From: Candidatus Sericytochromatia bacterium
GTDB taxonomy: Bacteria; Cyanobacteriota; Sericytochromatia; S15B-MN24; JAQBPE01
Direction of reading: 5' to 3'
Assembly (NCBI GenBank): GCA_035285125.1
Contig: JAYKHR010000060.1
Location: forward strand, 1-64,000
Length of the DNA: 64,000 bases
Part shown: piece after piece, positions 22,186-32,275 of the stretch
How positions within the stretch are numbered: the stretch's first letter is position 1
Layout: every line of letters starts with the position of its first letter
Notes under the pieces: generated by a model
Seen by the model: the letters and a program-made list of their open reading frames with translations, nothing else
The model's database searches: none
Told to the model about the DNA's origin: nothing
Made by a program: the position numbers and the translations under genes

Positions 22186-23418
22186 GTGCCGCTGATCGAG
22201 CTGTGGTGGACCATCTGGCGGACCCTGCGGGCCAACGGCCTGCGGGCCATGCTGACGTTGCTCGGCGTGACGACAGGTGTCGGCACCCTGGTGCTGCTGG
22301 CCTCCGTTGTCGGCGGGGGCCTGGCGGCGATCGGCCGCACGGTCCAGGAGGCGAACGGCAGCGACGTCATCCGCGCCAAGGTGGAGCCGTGGACCGAGCG
22401 GGGCGAGGCGGCCGACCCGCTCACCACCGCCGACATGCGGGCCGTGGCGGGGGCCCGTGGCCTGGAGGGCGCGACGGTGCTGCCCCAGCGGCTCGCTCGC
22501 GGCGAGGTGACGGTCGCCAAGGTGCCCGTGCGCGTCTGGTGCGTGGGCACGATCCCGACGGCCCCCCAGGTGTACCAGCTGGAGCTGGCGGCCGGGCGGT
22601 TCCTGACGGCCCACGACCTGGCCGCGCGGGCGCGCGTGGCCGTGGTGGGCCCTGACCTCGCTGAGACCCTGGCCCGCGAGCGCGCCGGGGCGAGCGTCGT
22701 CGGGGCAGAGCTCCGGCTGTGGGGCGAGCGGCTGCAGGTGGTCGGCGTGCTGAGGCGCAAGCCCGCCCTGCGCGTCGACAACCTCAGCTGGAACCAGGCC
22801 GTGGCCGTCCCGGAGACGACCTACGCGCTGCTCCGAGGGGGCGCCGAGGTCGAGACGATACTGATCAAGGCGAACGCCTTGGAGCGGCTCGCGACCACCT
22901 TGCCGCTGATGTCCCACACCGTCGAGGCCGTGCTTCAATGGCGCTCCCACGGCCCCGACACGCTGCGCGTGCGGGATGCCTCCCCGGGCACCAGCGGGGA
23001 GCGCACCTTCCTGGCGGCCCTGGAGTACCTGCTCGTCGGCGTGGCCGCCATCTGCCTCGTCTCGGGCGGCATCAACCTGATGAACATCATGCTGGTCACG
23101 GTGGCCGAGCGGACCCGGGAGATCGGCCTGCGGCTGGCGCTGGGGGCGCGTCGGCGGGACATCCGCCGCCAGTTCCTCGGGGAGGCCGTCGTGCTGGCCG
23201 CCGCCGGTGGGGTGGCAGGCATCTCGCTCGGGCTGCTCGCGAGCTGGGGCGTCAGCTGGCTGCTGACGCGGGCGCTCGGGCACTGGCCCTGGGTGGTGGA
23301 GCCGGGCGTCCTCGGCCTGGCCTTCGGCTCCGCCCTGCTCGTCGGCGTCACCTTCGGCTGGTACCCGGCAGAGCGCGCCGCTGCGCTGCCCCCGGTGGAG
23401 TGCCTGCGCCAGGAGTGA
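22186..23418 (+). CDS. MacB/FtsX-type ABC transporter permease (paralogue)
   Basis: GGINLMNIMLVTVAERTREIGLRLALGA; FGWYPAERAA; ends CLRQE versus CLRQD in the upstream paralogue. Confidence 0.92.
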   Translation: MPLIELWWTIWRTLRANGLRAMLTLLGVTTGVGTLVLLASVVGGGLAAIGRTVQEANGSDVIRAKVEPWTERGEAADPLTTADMRAVAGARGLEGATVLPQRLARGEVTVAKVPVRVWCVGTIPTAPQVYQLELAAGRFLTAHDLAARARVAVVGPDLAETLARERAGASVVGAELRLWGERLQVVGVLRRKPALRVDNLSWNQAVAVPETTYALLRGGAEVETILIKANALERLATTLPLMSHTVEAVLQWRSHGPDTLRVRDASPGTSGERTFLAALEYLLVGVAAICLVSGGINLMNIMLVTVAERTREIGLRLALGARRRDIRRQFLGEAVVLAAAGGVAGISLGLLASWGVSWLLTRALGHWPWVVEPGVLGLAFGSALLVGVTFGWYPAERAAALPPVECLRQE

Positions 23419-23424
23419 TGGCTG

Positions 23425-24801
23425 TCAGGCCTCGGGCGCTGCCCGTGAGGCCAGGGCCCCGGCTGCGACCATGAACACAGGCGTCCAGTAGCAGTGGTAG
23501 CGGCTCTGGACCTCCAGGAGGCTGTGCACGCCGACGAGGAGCAGCAGGCCGACCCAGAGCGGCCAGACGCCCAAGGGCCACCGTCGCTGCCGCCACAGGG
23601 CCCAGGCCGCCAGCGCCGTCAGGGCCGCGTAGAAGGCCTGGGAGATCAGCGCGAGCATCGCCCGCACGCCCGGGTCCGCGTCGGGGCGGAAGCCGTAGGC
23701 CCAGTAGGTGCCGAAGTCCTCCGCGCCCCACATGATCACGAACTTGCGGCCCATCAGGGCCAGCGTCGCCGGCGGATCCGCCAGCAGGCGGCGCCGGCCC
23801 TCCTCGGCCGCCCAGGCGTCGATGGCGCGTCGGTCCTGCAGCCTGTCCGCCACGGCGGCGTCGTCCACGTTCCACATGCCGTTGTGGCGCTGGTTCATGC
23901 CAACCAGCAGGCTCCAGCTGCCGTAGGCGGAGGTCGAGAGCGACCAGCGCCCCAGGTGCGCATGGTTGAAGGCCAGGACGGGGCTCAGCAGCGTGAGCAG
24001 GGCCCCGGTGTACACCAGCACCCGCATCGCCCCGGCCCGGGCGCCAGGCGCGCTGCGCGCCAGGAAGGCCCAGGCGGCCGGCACCAGGGCCAGGGTCGTG
24101 GGGCGGACGTACTGGGCCGCCGCCGTCAGCGCGCCTGCCAGGCAGGCCCAGGCGGCGCCTACCGCGAGGCCGGGCCCGACGCGAATCAGGGCGGCCATCA
24201 TGGCGAGGAAGGCCGTCGTGTAGGGCACCTCCGTCCCGAGCACCGGCGTCGACAGCACGTTGGCGGGCCAGAGGGCGTAGGCCCAGGCCGCGGCCGTGGC
24301 CCCGCGTCGGCCCACCAGGGGCGTCGCGAGGGCATACAGCGCCAGCACGCCCAGGGTGCCGGTGGCGACGCCCAGGCCCTCGCCCGCGCTGGTCGAGACG
24401 CCGAAGGCCGCGTAGGTTGCCGCCAGGGCCAGGGGGTAGCCCGTCGGGCGGCCCTCCTGGAGCCAGGGGGCGCCGTTCAGCAGGCCGAGCGCCATGTCGT
24501 GGTAGTCCTTGAAGTCGGAAATCAGCGGCACGTCGAGGGCCCAGGTGGCCCCAAGCCTCAGGCAGAGGGCCGCGAGGACGGCGGGCCAGACGCCGGCCGC
24601 CAGCAAGCCGGCCAGACGCCCGGTCCGCCCGGCCACGGCGAGCAGCAGCGCGCCCCCCAGCCCGCCGACGATCCAGCCCGGGTCGGCGTTCCGATAGGCC
24701 TCGCCGGCCATCCAGACCGTCGCCAGGATGGCCGCCAGCGCGATTGCGGCGACCACCGCGAGCGTCAGCGCCCGCAACCCCTTGTCCAGCGCGGGCCCCA
24801 C
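23425..24801 (-). CDS. Polytopic membrane GT-C (ArnT/PMT-like) glycosyltransferase
   Basis: About 11-12 TM segments; SDFKDYHDMA, RPTGYPLALA, GTEVPY, YVRP, C-terminal RYH. Confidence 0.7.
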   Translation of the reverse strand: MGPALDKGLRALTLAVVAAIALAAILATVWMAGEAYRNADPGWIVGGLGGALLLAVAGRTGRLAGLLAAGVWPAVLAALCLRLGATWALDVPLISDFKDYHDMALGLLNGAPWLQEGRPTGYPLALAATYAAFGVSTSAGEGLGVATGTLGVLALYALATPLVGRRGATAAAWAYALWPANVLSTPVLGTEVPYTTAFLAMMAALIRVGPGLAVGAAWACLAGALTAAAQYVRPTTLALVPAAWAFLARSAPGARAGAMRVLVYTGALLTLLSPVLAFNHAHLGRWSLSTSAYGSWSLLVGMNQRHNGMWNVDDAAVADRLQDRRAIDAWAAEEGRRRLLADPPATLALMGRKFVIMWGAEDFGTYWAYGFRPDADPGVRAMLALISQAFYAALTALAAWALWRQRRWPLGVWPLWVGLLLLVGVHSLLEVQSRYHCYWTPVFMVAAGALASRAAPEA

Positions 24802-24802
24802 G

Positions 24803-25975
24803 TCAGAACCTGTTCACGTTGCCGTCGGCCGCGGGTGGGTCCACCAGGACCTCCTCGCCCTCCGCCACGCCCGTTCGCAGCTCGACCACCTGGTCGTTGT
24901 GGACGCCGAGGCGCACCTCCCGCCGCATGGTGCGGCTCCCGCCGCCGGCTCGCTCCACCACGGCCACGCTGCCCGCGTCGTCCCGCTCGCGTCGCACGGC
25001 CTGGACGGGCAGCTGCAGCACGCCTTGCCGCGAGAGCACGGCGATGTCCACGTCGGCGCTCATGCCCGGCCGCAGGCCCGCCGTCTGCCGGCCCTCCAGC
25101 AGCACCTCCACGGGAAAGAGTTGGACGTCCCGCTCTCGCCCCTGCACGGCCGCTGGCGCGATCTGGTGGATGCGACCCTCGAACCGCTGCCCGGGCAGCG
25201 CGTCCACCCGGACGGTGGCGGGCAGGCCGACGCGCAGCCGGGCCACGTCGATCTGGTTCACCTCGGCCGCGACCAGGAGCCGGGAGAGGTCGGCGATCGT
25301 CAGCAGCGGCCGGCGGTCCGCGGTCTCGGCCACGCCTGGCGTGACCATCTCGCCGACCTCGATCGCGCGGTGCACCACGGTGCCAGCGACGGGGGAACGC
25401 AGCACGGCGCGATCGATCTGCTCCCGGGCCGCGCGCTGGCTCAGTTCCGCCTTCCGCAGCTGCGCGCGCGCCTGGGCCTCCTCCGCGCTGAGCCGGGCCT
25501 CGAGCACCTCGAGCCTGTGCCGCGCCGCCTCGGCCTCGGCCGGTGCCTGGCGCCCCTGCGCCTCGCGCAGCTGCACCCGGGCCTCGACGAGCTCGGCCCG
25601 CCGGGCCCCGGAGAGCAGGCCGCTGAGCTGCGCCCGGGCAATGGCCACGTCGGCCTCGGCGAGGGCCTCTTGCCGGCGGAGGTCTGAGGCGTCGAGCTCG
25701 AGCAGCACCTGGCCCGCCCGGACCCGGTCCCCCGTGCGCACATGCAGCCTCAGCACCTGGCCGGCCACCTTGCTGCGCAGGTCCACCTTGGCGAAGGGCT
25801 GGATGCGGCCTGTCTCCTTTACAACGATCTCCAGCGGGCCGCGCGTCACCCTGACGAGGCCCTCTTGCGGGGGGGCGTCGGGCATCGGCTGCCAGCGCCG
25901 CCAGGCCTGGAAGGCCCCCAGCCCCAGGCTGGCCAGCAGCCCGACCACCAGGGTGTTACGGAGCAGTGGGGTCAC
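24803..25975 (-). CDS. Efflux periplasmic adaptor (MacA-like membrane fusion protein)
   Basis: KVAGQVLRLHVRTGDRVRAGQVLLELD, coiled hairpin, RSPVAGTV..GEMV, LRPGMSADVDI. Confidence 0.92.
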   Translation of the reverse strand: MTPLLRNTLVVGLLASLGLGAFQAWRRWQPMPDAPPQEGLVRVTRGPLEIVVKETGRIQPFAKVDLRSKVAGQVLRLHVRTGDRVRAGQVLLELDASDLRRQEALAEADVAIARAQLSGLLSGARRAELVEARVQLREAQGRQAPAEAEAARHRLEVLEARLSAEEAQARAQLRKAELSQRAAREQIDRAVLRSPVAGTVVHRAIEVGEMVTPGVAETADRRPLLTIADLSRLLVAAEVNQIDVARLRVGLPATVRVDALPGQRFEGRIHQIAPAAVQGRERDVQLFPVEVLLEGRQTAGLRPGMSADVDIAVLSRQGVLQLPVQAVRRERDDAGSVAVVERAGGGSRTMRREVRLGVHNDQVVELRTGVAEGEEVLVDPPAADGNVNRF

Positions 25976-27300
25976 GGACGGGCCTCCTCAGGGCGCCCGG
26001 GCTGCACGTCCAGCGTGCCCAGGGCGCGTTGCAGCGCCGCCACGGCGATGCGGTGGTCGATCTCGGCATCGAGCCGCTGGTGGCGGCGCTCGATGAGGCC
26101 CGTTCGTGCCTCGTTCAGGTCGGAGAGCCGGGCCCGCCCTTGCCGGTAACGCCCCCGCTGCCAGTCCAGGTTGCGGCGGGCGAGATCCTCGCCCCGGCGC
26201 CCGAGCTCGATGCGGCGCACCGTGAGCGCCAGCCTGCGCCGCGTCGCGCGCACCTCGGCCTCGGCCGCCGCGAGGGTCGCGGCCAGGGCCTGCTCGCTCG
26301 CGGCCTGTTCGAGGCTGCGGCCCCGGATGTTGCGGGCGATCACCCCGTGGTCGAAGAGGTGGTACGAGAGGTTGAGCTGCGCGTTCCAGGTGCCCACGAG
26401 CCGGTCCAGGACCGTGCGGTTCTGGCTCGTGGCGAAGAACGGGTTGTTGCCGTGCTGGTAGAGGCTCGCGACCTCCAGCTGGGGCCAGCTGTCAGCAGCG
26501 GCCACGCCCACGCCGGCGCCGCGAATCGCCACCTCGGCACGAGCGAGGCGCACGTCCGGGCGTGCCTCCAGCGAGCCCTCTAAGGCGCCGCCAGGGTCCT
26601 TGCCCACCTCGCGCGCCGGCTCGTCCCTGAGCGCGACCCTGGACAGGTCCCGGCGGAGCAGGGTCGCGAGGCGCTCCCTGGCCTGGAGGGCATCGCCCTC
26701 GAGGCGCAGCGCCTCGCCCTCGGCGGCCAGCGTCGACAGCTCCGCTTGCTCGACCTCCTGGGCGCTGGCCTGGCCTGCCCGCGCCACCTCCCGGGCGATC
26801 GCCCAGGCCTCGCGGGCCCTGCGGACCCCCTCGCGCTGGGTCTCCGACTTGAGCTCCGCGCGGCGCGTGGTCCAGTAGGCCTCCGTCACGGCGAAGATCA
26901 CGTCCTGGTGAGCCTTGTCGAGGCGCGCCCGGGCGGCGAGGACGCCGGCCTCTGCCGCGTCGATCTGGCGGTCCAACCGGAACCCGGTGAACAGAGGCCA
27001 CCGGGCCATCACCTGGGCATTGGCGATGGGCACGCTGATGGGCTGGACGGGCCCAGCCGAGAGCAGCCCCGTCACGCCCGTCCAGTTGCCGACGGACAGA
27101 TCCGCCCCGTACTGGAGCTGCTCGGCGCGGGCGCCCTCCACGCCCACCACGTTCCGGGCGAGCTCGAGCTCTGCCTGGCGCAGGGTGGCGTCAGCGCCGA
27201 GCCCCTCCCGGATCGCCTCCGTCAGCGAGAGCCCCTGGGCCGCCCAGGCTGGCCCAGCGGCCAGCAGCAGCGCCAGCCAGGCGAGGCACCAGCGGCTCAC
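25972..27300 (-). CDS. TolC-family outer membrane channel
   Basis: Signal peptide AWA, WPLFTGF, VTEAYW, two OEP repeats, YRQGR, LQRALG. Confidence 0.88.
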   Translation of the reverse strand: MSRWCLAWLALLLAAGPAWAAQGLSLTEAIREGLGADATLRQAELELARNVVGVEGARAEQLQYGADLSVGNWTGVTGLLSAGPVQPISVPIANAQVMARWPLFTGFRLDRQIDAAEAGVLAARARLDKAHQDVIFAVTEAYWTTRRAELKSETQREGVRRAREAWAIAREVARAGQASAQEVEQAELSTLAAEGEALRLEGDALQARERLATLLRRDLSRVALRDEPAREVGKDPGGALEGSLEARPDVRLARAEVAIRGAGVGVAAADSWPQLEVASLYQHGNNPFFATSQNRTVLDRLVGTWNAQLNLSYHLFDHGVIARNIRGRSLEQAASEQALAATLAAAEAEVRATRRRLALTVRRIELGRRGEDLARRNLDWQRGRYRQGRARLSDLNEARTGLIERRHQRLDAEIDHRIAVAALQRALGTLDVQPGRPEEARP

Positions 27301-28007
27301 GAGGCGAGCTCCGGCGCGGGCTCGCGGGGCGTCCCGTTGCGCTCGTCGCTGCGGATGCGGCCGTCGCGGAAGCGCACGATGCGCTGGGCGCAGGCGGCCA
27401 CCTCGGGCTCGTGGGTGACGAGCACGATGGTCATCCCAGCCTTGTTCAGGTCGCCGAACAGCGCGAGGATCTCCTCCGTCGTGCGCGAGTCGAGCGCCCC
27501 GGTGGGCTCGTCTGCGAGCAGCAGCCGGGGGCCGTTGACGATCGCCCGCGCGATCGACACCCGCTGCTGCTGGCCGCCGGACAGCTCGTTGGGCTTGTGG
27601 TCCAGCCGCTCGCCGAGGCCGACGCGCACGAGTGCGTCGCTCGCGCGCCGCCGTCGCTCGGCGGGCCGCACGCCGGCGTAGATCATCGGGAGCTCGACGT
27701 TGGCGAGGGCCGTGGTGCGGGGCAGCAGGTTGAACGACTGAAAGACGAAGCCGAGCTTGCGGTTTCGCACCTGCGCGAGGCCCTCGTCGTCGTGCTCGGT
27801 GACGGCCACGCCGTCGAGGGTGTACACGCCGGCGGTGGGGCGATCCAGGCAGCCCAGGATGTTCATCATCGTGGATTTGCCGGACCCCGAGGTGCCCATC
27901 ACCGCCACGTACTCGCCCTCCGCAATGCGCAGGGACACGTCGTCGAGCGCCCGGATGGTGGTCTGGCCGGTCGTGTAGGTCTTCGAGATGTGGGCGAGGT
28001 CGATCAT
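27297..28007 (-). CDS. ABC transporter ATP-binding protein (LolD/MacB-type)
   Basis: GTSGSGKST, GFVFQSFNL, LSGGQQQRV, LADEPTGALD, VTHE; ATG at 28007. Confidence 0.96.
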   Translation of the reverse strand: MIDLAHISKTYTTGQTTIRALDDVSLRIAEGEYVAVMGTSGSGKSTMMNILGCLDRPTAGVYTLDGVAVTEHDDEGLAQVRNRKLGFVFQSFNLLPRTTALANVELPMIYAGVRPAERRRRASDALVRVGLGERLDHKPNELSGGQQQRVSIARAIVNGPRLLLADEPTGALDSRTTEEILALFGDLNKAGMTIVLVTHEPEVAACAQRIVRFRDGRIRSDERNGTPREPAPELAS

Positions 28008-28048
28008 CACACGTCCGGCGAGGGGGCTGCTGCTATATACTACCCGGC

Positions 28049-29257
28049 ATGGTCGGCTCCAGCGGGAACTTCCGGGCCATCGCACCTGGGCCGTCGGCCG
28101 GCCCGGGGCCCCTGCGCGTCCTCATGATAGGGCATGAATGGTTCGAGGAGCGTCCCGGTGGGGCTGGGCGTTACATGGGTGTGGTCGCGAGGGGCCTGGC
28201 GGCGCGCGGCCACCACGTCACCGTCCTCGTGCCGCGGGGGTCTGCTCCGGCCCCCGAACGCGCCGTGCGCGACGGCTTCACGCTGCTGCGGCCGGCCCTG
28301 GGACGTGGCGCGCTGGGCTGGGTGGCGGCGATGGCTGTCCGCTTGGGGGCCGTGCTGGCGCGAGAGGGGCCCTTCGACGTGGTCCACAGCCACTTCGCCC
28401 CCGCTGGCCTCGTGCCGCTCTGGCACCCCGCGCTGGGCCAGGCGCGGCGCGTGACCCAGTTCCAGGGGCCCTGGGCCGACGAGAGCCGGCTGGAGGGGGC
28501 TGGCGCGCTGTCTGCCACGGCCCGGCGAGGGGTGGAGCGCCTGGCCTATGCCCGCAGCCACCGCTGCGTCGTGCTCTCGGAGGCCTTCGGGCGCCTGCTG
28601 GCGGACCGCTACGGCGTGCCTGCGGCGCAGATCGACGTGGTCCCGGCCGGGGTCGATCTGGCCGCCTTCCGCCCCGCTTCCGATCGGGAGGGCCTGCGGC
28701 GCACACTGGGGTTGGGCCCCGGCCCCGAGGTGGTGGTGGCCAGGCGGCTGGTGGCGCGGATGGGGCTCGGCCTGCTCCTCGAGGCCTGGCCGGCCGTGCT
28801 GGCTGCCCGGCCTGAGGCCAGGCTCACGATCGTGGGGGAGGGCCCCCTGCGGCCCGAGCTCGAGGCCCAGGTGGCGACGGCGGGGCTCGGCGGGAGCGTC
28901 TCGCTGGTGGGACGCCTGGCGGATGAGGCCCTCGTGGCGCGCTACCAGGCCGCCGATCTCGCGGTGCTGCCCACCATCGGGCTGGAGGGCTTCGGCCTCG
29001 CGACGGTGGAGGCGCTGGCCTGCGGCACGCCCGTGATCGGCACGGACGCGGGCGCCACGCCCGAGGTGCTGGCGCCCCTCGAGCCGACGCTGGTGGTGCC
29101 GGCGGGAGACGCCGGGTCCCTCGCCGGCAGGATGGTCGAGGCCCTCACGGGGGCCCGGCCCCTGCCGACGCGCGAGGCGTGCCGCGCCCACGCGGAGGCA
29201 CGCTACGGCTGGCCCCGCGCCCTCGACGGGCTGGAGGCCGTGCTCGCCCGTGCCTGA
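28049..29257 (+). CDS. Glycosyltransferase family 4
   Basis: PGGAGRY, DVVHSH, GVD...F, GEGPLR, EGFGLATVEALACGTPVI. Confidence 0.93.
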   Translation: MVGSSGNFRAIAPGPSAGPGPLRVLMIGHEWFEERPGGAGRYMGVVARGLAARGHHVTVLVPRGSAPAPERAVRDGFTLLRPALGRGALGWVAAMAVRLGAVLAREGPFDVVHSHFAPAGLVPLWHPALGQARRVTQFQGPWADESRLEGAGALSATARRGVERLAYARSHRCVVLSEAFGRLLADRYGVPAAQIDVVPAGVDLAAFRPASDREGLRRTLGLGPGPEVVVARRLVARMGLGLLLEAWPAVLAARPEARLTIVGEGPLRPELEAQVATAGLGGSVSLVGRLADEALVARYQAADLAVLPTIGLEGFGLATVEALACGTPVIGTDAGATPEVLAPLEPTLVVPAGDAGSLAGRMVEALTGARPLPTREACRAHAEARYGWPRALDGLEAVLARA

Positions 29258-30443
29258 GACGCCGATGCACGTGCTGTTCCTCGACCACACCGGGGAGCTC
29301 GGAGGGGCCGAGCGCGTGATGCTGGAGGTGCTGGAGCGCCTGCCCGCGCTGGGCGTGCGCGCCACGGTGGCCTGCAGCCCCGAGGGGCCTCTGCGCGGGC
29401 AGGTGGAGGCCCTCGGCGCGCCCGTCTGGCCACTCACGCTGGACGAGGCCACGCGCACGCTGTCGCGGGAGGCCTGGGCTTCACAACCGCTCGGCGTGGC
29501 GTGGGCCGCCCGGGCCTTCTTCTCCGAGGCGGCGGCGCTGTCTCGCCTTGCCCGCCGCGAGGGCGTCACCGTGCTGCACACCAACACGCTCAAGGGCCAC
29601 GTGCTCGGCACCCTGGCCGGGCGGCTGGCCCGCCTGCCCGTGGTCTGGCACATGCACGACATGCCGAGCGCGCGCGGCGACACCAGACGCCTCCTGACGT
29701 GGGCGGCCCGGCTCTGGTGCCCGGCCGCGATCCTGGCCGTCTCCCGCGCGGCGGCCGGGGACCTGCCTGCTGCCCTGCGGCCCCTGGCCCGCGTCGTCCA
29801 CAACGGGCTGGCGCTCGAGGCCTTCGACGCGGCCGCCGCCGGGGCCACCGCCCCCGTGGCCTGGCCGGCGGGGGACGGGCCGCTGCTGGGCGCCGTCTCC
29901 TGGCTGATTCCCTGGAAAGGCTTCGACGTCCTGCTCAGGGCCCTGCCGGCGGTGCTCGCCGTGCGCCCGGACGTGCGCCTCGCCATCGTGGGAGACCCCA
30001 TCTTCCAGTGGCGCGACGAGCGGAGGCGGCTCGAGGCGTTGGCCTCCGAGCTTGACGTCGCGGGAAGCGTGGCCTTCCTCGGCGCGCGCGCCGACGTGCC
30101 GGCCCTGCTGGGGGCGGTTGACCTCTTCGTGCACCCGGCGCTGCAGGAGCCGTTCGGGCGTGTGCTGCTGGAGGCGATGGCCGCCCGCAAGGCCGTGGTG
30201 GCGTGTGAGGCCGGGGGCGTGCCCGAGATCGTCTTGCCGGGGCGGACGGGGCTGCTGGTGCCGCCTGGCGAGCCGGGCGCGCTGGCCGAGGCGATCCTGG
30301 CCCTGCTCGCCGACCCCGGGCGCGCGGCGGCGATGGGGTCGGCGGGGCGGGCCCGGGTGGCGCAGGCCTTCGGGCTGGAGGGCCAGGTGCAGGCGCTGGT
30401 CGCGACGTGGCGAGAGGCTGCGGGCCTCAAGCCCCGAGCCTGA
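29250..30443 (+). CDS. Glycosyltransferase family 4
   Basis: GGAER, HNG, PWKG, EPFGRVLLEAMA...GGVPEIV. Confidence 0.93.
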   Translation: MPETPMHVLFLDHTGELGGAERVMLEVLERLPALGVRATVACSPEGPLRGQVEALGAPVWPLTLDEATRTLSREAWASQPLGVAWAARAFFSEAAALSRLARREGVTVLHTNTLKGHVLGTLAGRLARLPVVWHMHDMPSARGDTRRLLTWAARLWCPAAILAVSRAAAGDLPAALRPLARVVHNGLALEAFDAAAAGATAPVAWPAGDGPLLGAVSWLIPWKGFDVLLRALPAVLAVRPDVRLAIVGDPIFQWRDERRRLEALASELDVAGSVAFLGARADVPALLGAVDLFVHPALQEPFGRVLLEAMAARKAVVACEAGGVPEIVLPGRTGLLVPPGEPGALAEAILALLADPGRAAAMGSAGRARVAQAFGLEGQVQALVATWREAAGLKPRA

Positions 30444-30503
30444 CGCCCCTGGTGGCGGCTGGCTGAGGGCCTGGGCCTGCCGCTGCTCGAGCCCCTGCCG
30501 CCA

Positions 30504-31280
30504 TCACGCCAGCCGGGCCCGCCGGCGCGCCACCCAGATGCCGACCCAGAGCGGCAGCGCCAGCTTGGGGCCCTGGCAGCGCAGCCGGATGGCGCGGGCG
30601 ATGGGGTCGAGCACCGGCAGCTGGAGCTGCGGCTCGCTGCGCGCCATCCAGGCCCCGAGCTGCTCGCCCTGCACGCCGCAGGCGTAGATGCGGGGTTGCT
30701 TGCCGAGGGTGCGCGTCATGAAAAGGCCGAAGGTGCGACAGGGGAACGGGCGGGCCGGGTAGACGCCGCAGCGGTCGTTCACCAGCAACGGGCAGGCCAG
30801 GCGCTTGGCCTCGAGCAGGGGCGCCGCGAGGAGCAGCGAGGCGATGTTGCGCTGCACCAGGCTGATCAGCACGCGCCAGAACCCCGTGTAGGTGGCCTCG
30901 TAGCGGGCGACCAGGGCCTCGCGGTCGGCCTCCGACCAGGCCTGCTCCAGGTGGCGCTCGATCACGCGCCACTCGGAGTAAGTCAGGGTGAAGAGGCCCA
31001 CCGGGTAGTGGCAGCAGCCGCTGCATCCCGCGCGGCAGAGGCTCTGCGGGAAGGCGGCCTCCACCCCGGCCGTCAGCGTGTCGAGCAGGTGGTACCAGTC
31101 GCGCGCGTCCCGGGTCTCGCCGAAGTTGTCCGCCTCCGGCAGGGCCTCGCGCACCACGGCCATGGCCTCCGCGAGGGCCGCCGGGTCGCCGGGAGGCGTC
31201 GCGGCGAGCGTGGCGTCGAAGCTGGGAGCACCCACCTCCGGCTGGGGGGGGCGGGCGCGGCGTCGGAAGAAGTGCAGCAC
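30504..31280 (-). CDS. YkgJ/FliB-like CxxxCxxCC cysteine-cluster protein
   Basis: CRAGCSGCC and CPLL...CGVYPARPFPCRTFG. Confidence 0.8.
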   Translation of the reverse strand: MLHFFRRRARPPQPEVGAPSFDATLAATPPGDPAALAEAMAVVREALPEADNFGETRDARDWYHLLDTLTAGVEAAFPQSLCRAGCSGCCHYPVGLFTLTYSEWRVIERHLEQAWSEADREALVARYEATYTGFWRVLISLVQRNIASLLLAAPLLEAKRLACPLLVNDRCGVYPARPFPCRTFGLFMTRTLGKQPRIYACGVQGEQLGAWMARSEPQLQLPVLDPIARAIRLRCQGPKLALPLWVGIWVARRRARLA

Positions 31281-31330
31281 AGGGGTTCACCGGCTCGCGC
31301 CGCCCGGGACCGCCTGCTACACTCGCAGGC

Positions 31331-32269
31331 ATGAAGACCCGTGTGACCGAGCTGTTCGGCATCCAGTATCCCATCATCCAGGCCGGGATGGTCTGGTGCT
31401 CGGGCAGCAGGCTCGCGGCGGCGGCGGCCAACGCCGGGGCCCTCGGGCTCGTGGGGGCCGGCTCGATGCGCCCGGACGGGTTTCGCGACCACTTGCGGCG
31501 GATGCGCGACCTGACGCGTCACCCCTGGGGCGTCAACATCCCCATTTTCCACAAGTATGCGGCGGACCAGGTCACGATCGCCCTGGAGGAGGGTGTGCGA
31601 ATCTTCTTCACCTCGGCCGGCAGCCCACGCGCCTACACGCCGGCGCTGAAGGCCGCAGGGGCGACGGTGGTGCATGTGGTGGCCACGGGTGGGCAGGCCC
31701 GCAAGTGTGAGGACGCAGGGTGTGACGCCGTCGTGGCTGAGGGCTTTGAGGCGGGGGGCCACAACGGCCCGGACGAGCTCACCACGATGGTGCTCACCCG
31801 GCTCGCCGTGCAGGCCGTGCGGATTCCCGTCATCGCGGCGGGAGGCATCGCGGATGGTCGGGCGATGTGCGCGGCGCTCGCGTTGGGCGCCGAGGCCGTC
31901 CAGGTGGGCAGCCGCTTCGCCGTCACGCAGGAGTCTTCGGCCCACGCCGCCTACAAGCAGGCCGTCGTGGAGGCCCCGGAGGCCGCCACGGTGCTGGGGC
32001 TCAAGCGCATCGGGCCTGCCCGTTACCTGAAAAACGCCTTCGCGGCCCAAGTTGCGGAAGCCGAGCAGGCGGGCGCCTCCCAAGAGGCCCTGCGAGAGTT
32101 GCTCGGCACGGGGCGGGCGCGCCGCGGCATCCACGAGGGCGAGCTCGCCGAGGGTGAGCTGGAGGTGGGCCAGGTCGCGGCCCTCATCGCAGACGTTCCC
32201 TCGGCCGCCGAGGTCGTGGCCGCCATGGTCGCCGAGTACCATGAGGCCCGCGTCGGGCTGCCCGCCTGA
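31331..32269 (+). CDS. FabK/nitronate monooxygenase-family flavoprotein
   Basis: GIQYPIIQAGM, EGFEAGGHNG, PVIAAGGIADGR, GAEAVQVGSRF, EVGQVA. Confidence 0.9.
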   Translation: MKTRVTELFGIQYPIIQAGMVWCSGSRLAAAAANAGALGLVGAGSMRPDGFRDHLRRMRDLTRHPWGVNIPIFHKYAADQVTIALEEGVRIFFTSAGSPRAYTPALKAAGATVVHVVATGGQARKCEDAGCDAVVAEGFEAGGHNGPDELTTMVLTRLAVQAVRIPVIAAGGIADGRAMCAALALGAEAVQVGSRFAVTQESSAHAAYKQAVVEAPEAATVLGLKRIGPARYLKNAFAAQVAEAEQAGASQEALRELLGTGRARRGIHEGELAEGELEVGQVAALIADVPSAAEVVAAMVAEYHEARVGLPA

Positions 32270-32275
32270 GGAAGA

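Noticed and set aside
19687..23283. Very long antisense or alternative-frame ORFs (e.g. 1198 aa, 1003 aa at 7111, 770 aa at 15190)
   Set aside because: Stop-poor shadows of real genes in high-GC DNA; Arg/Pro/Gly-rich with no motifs
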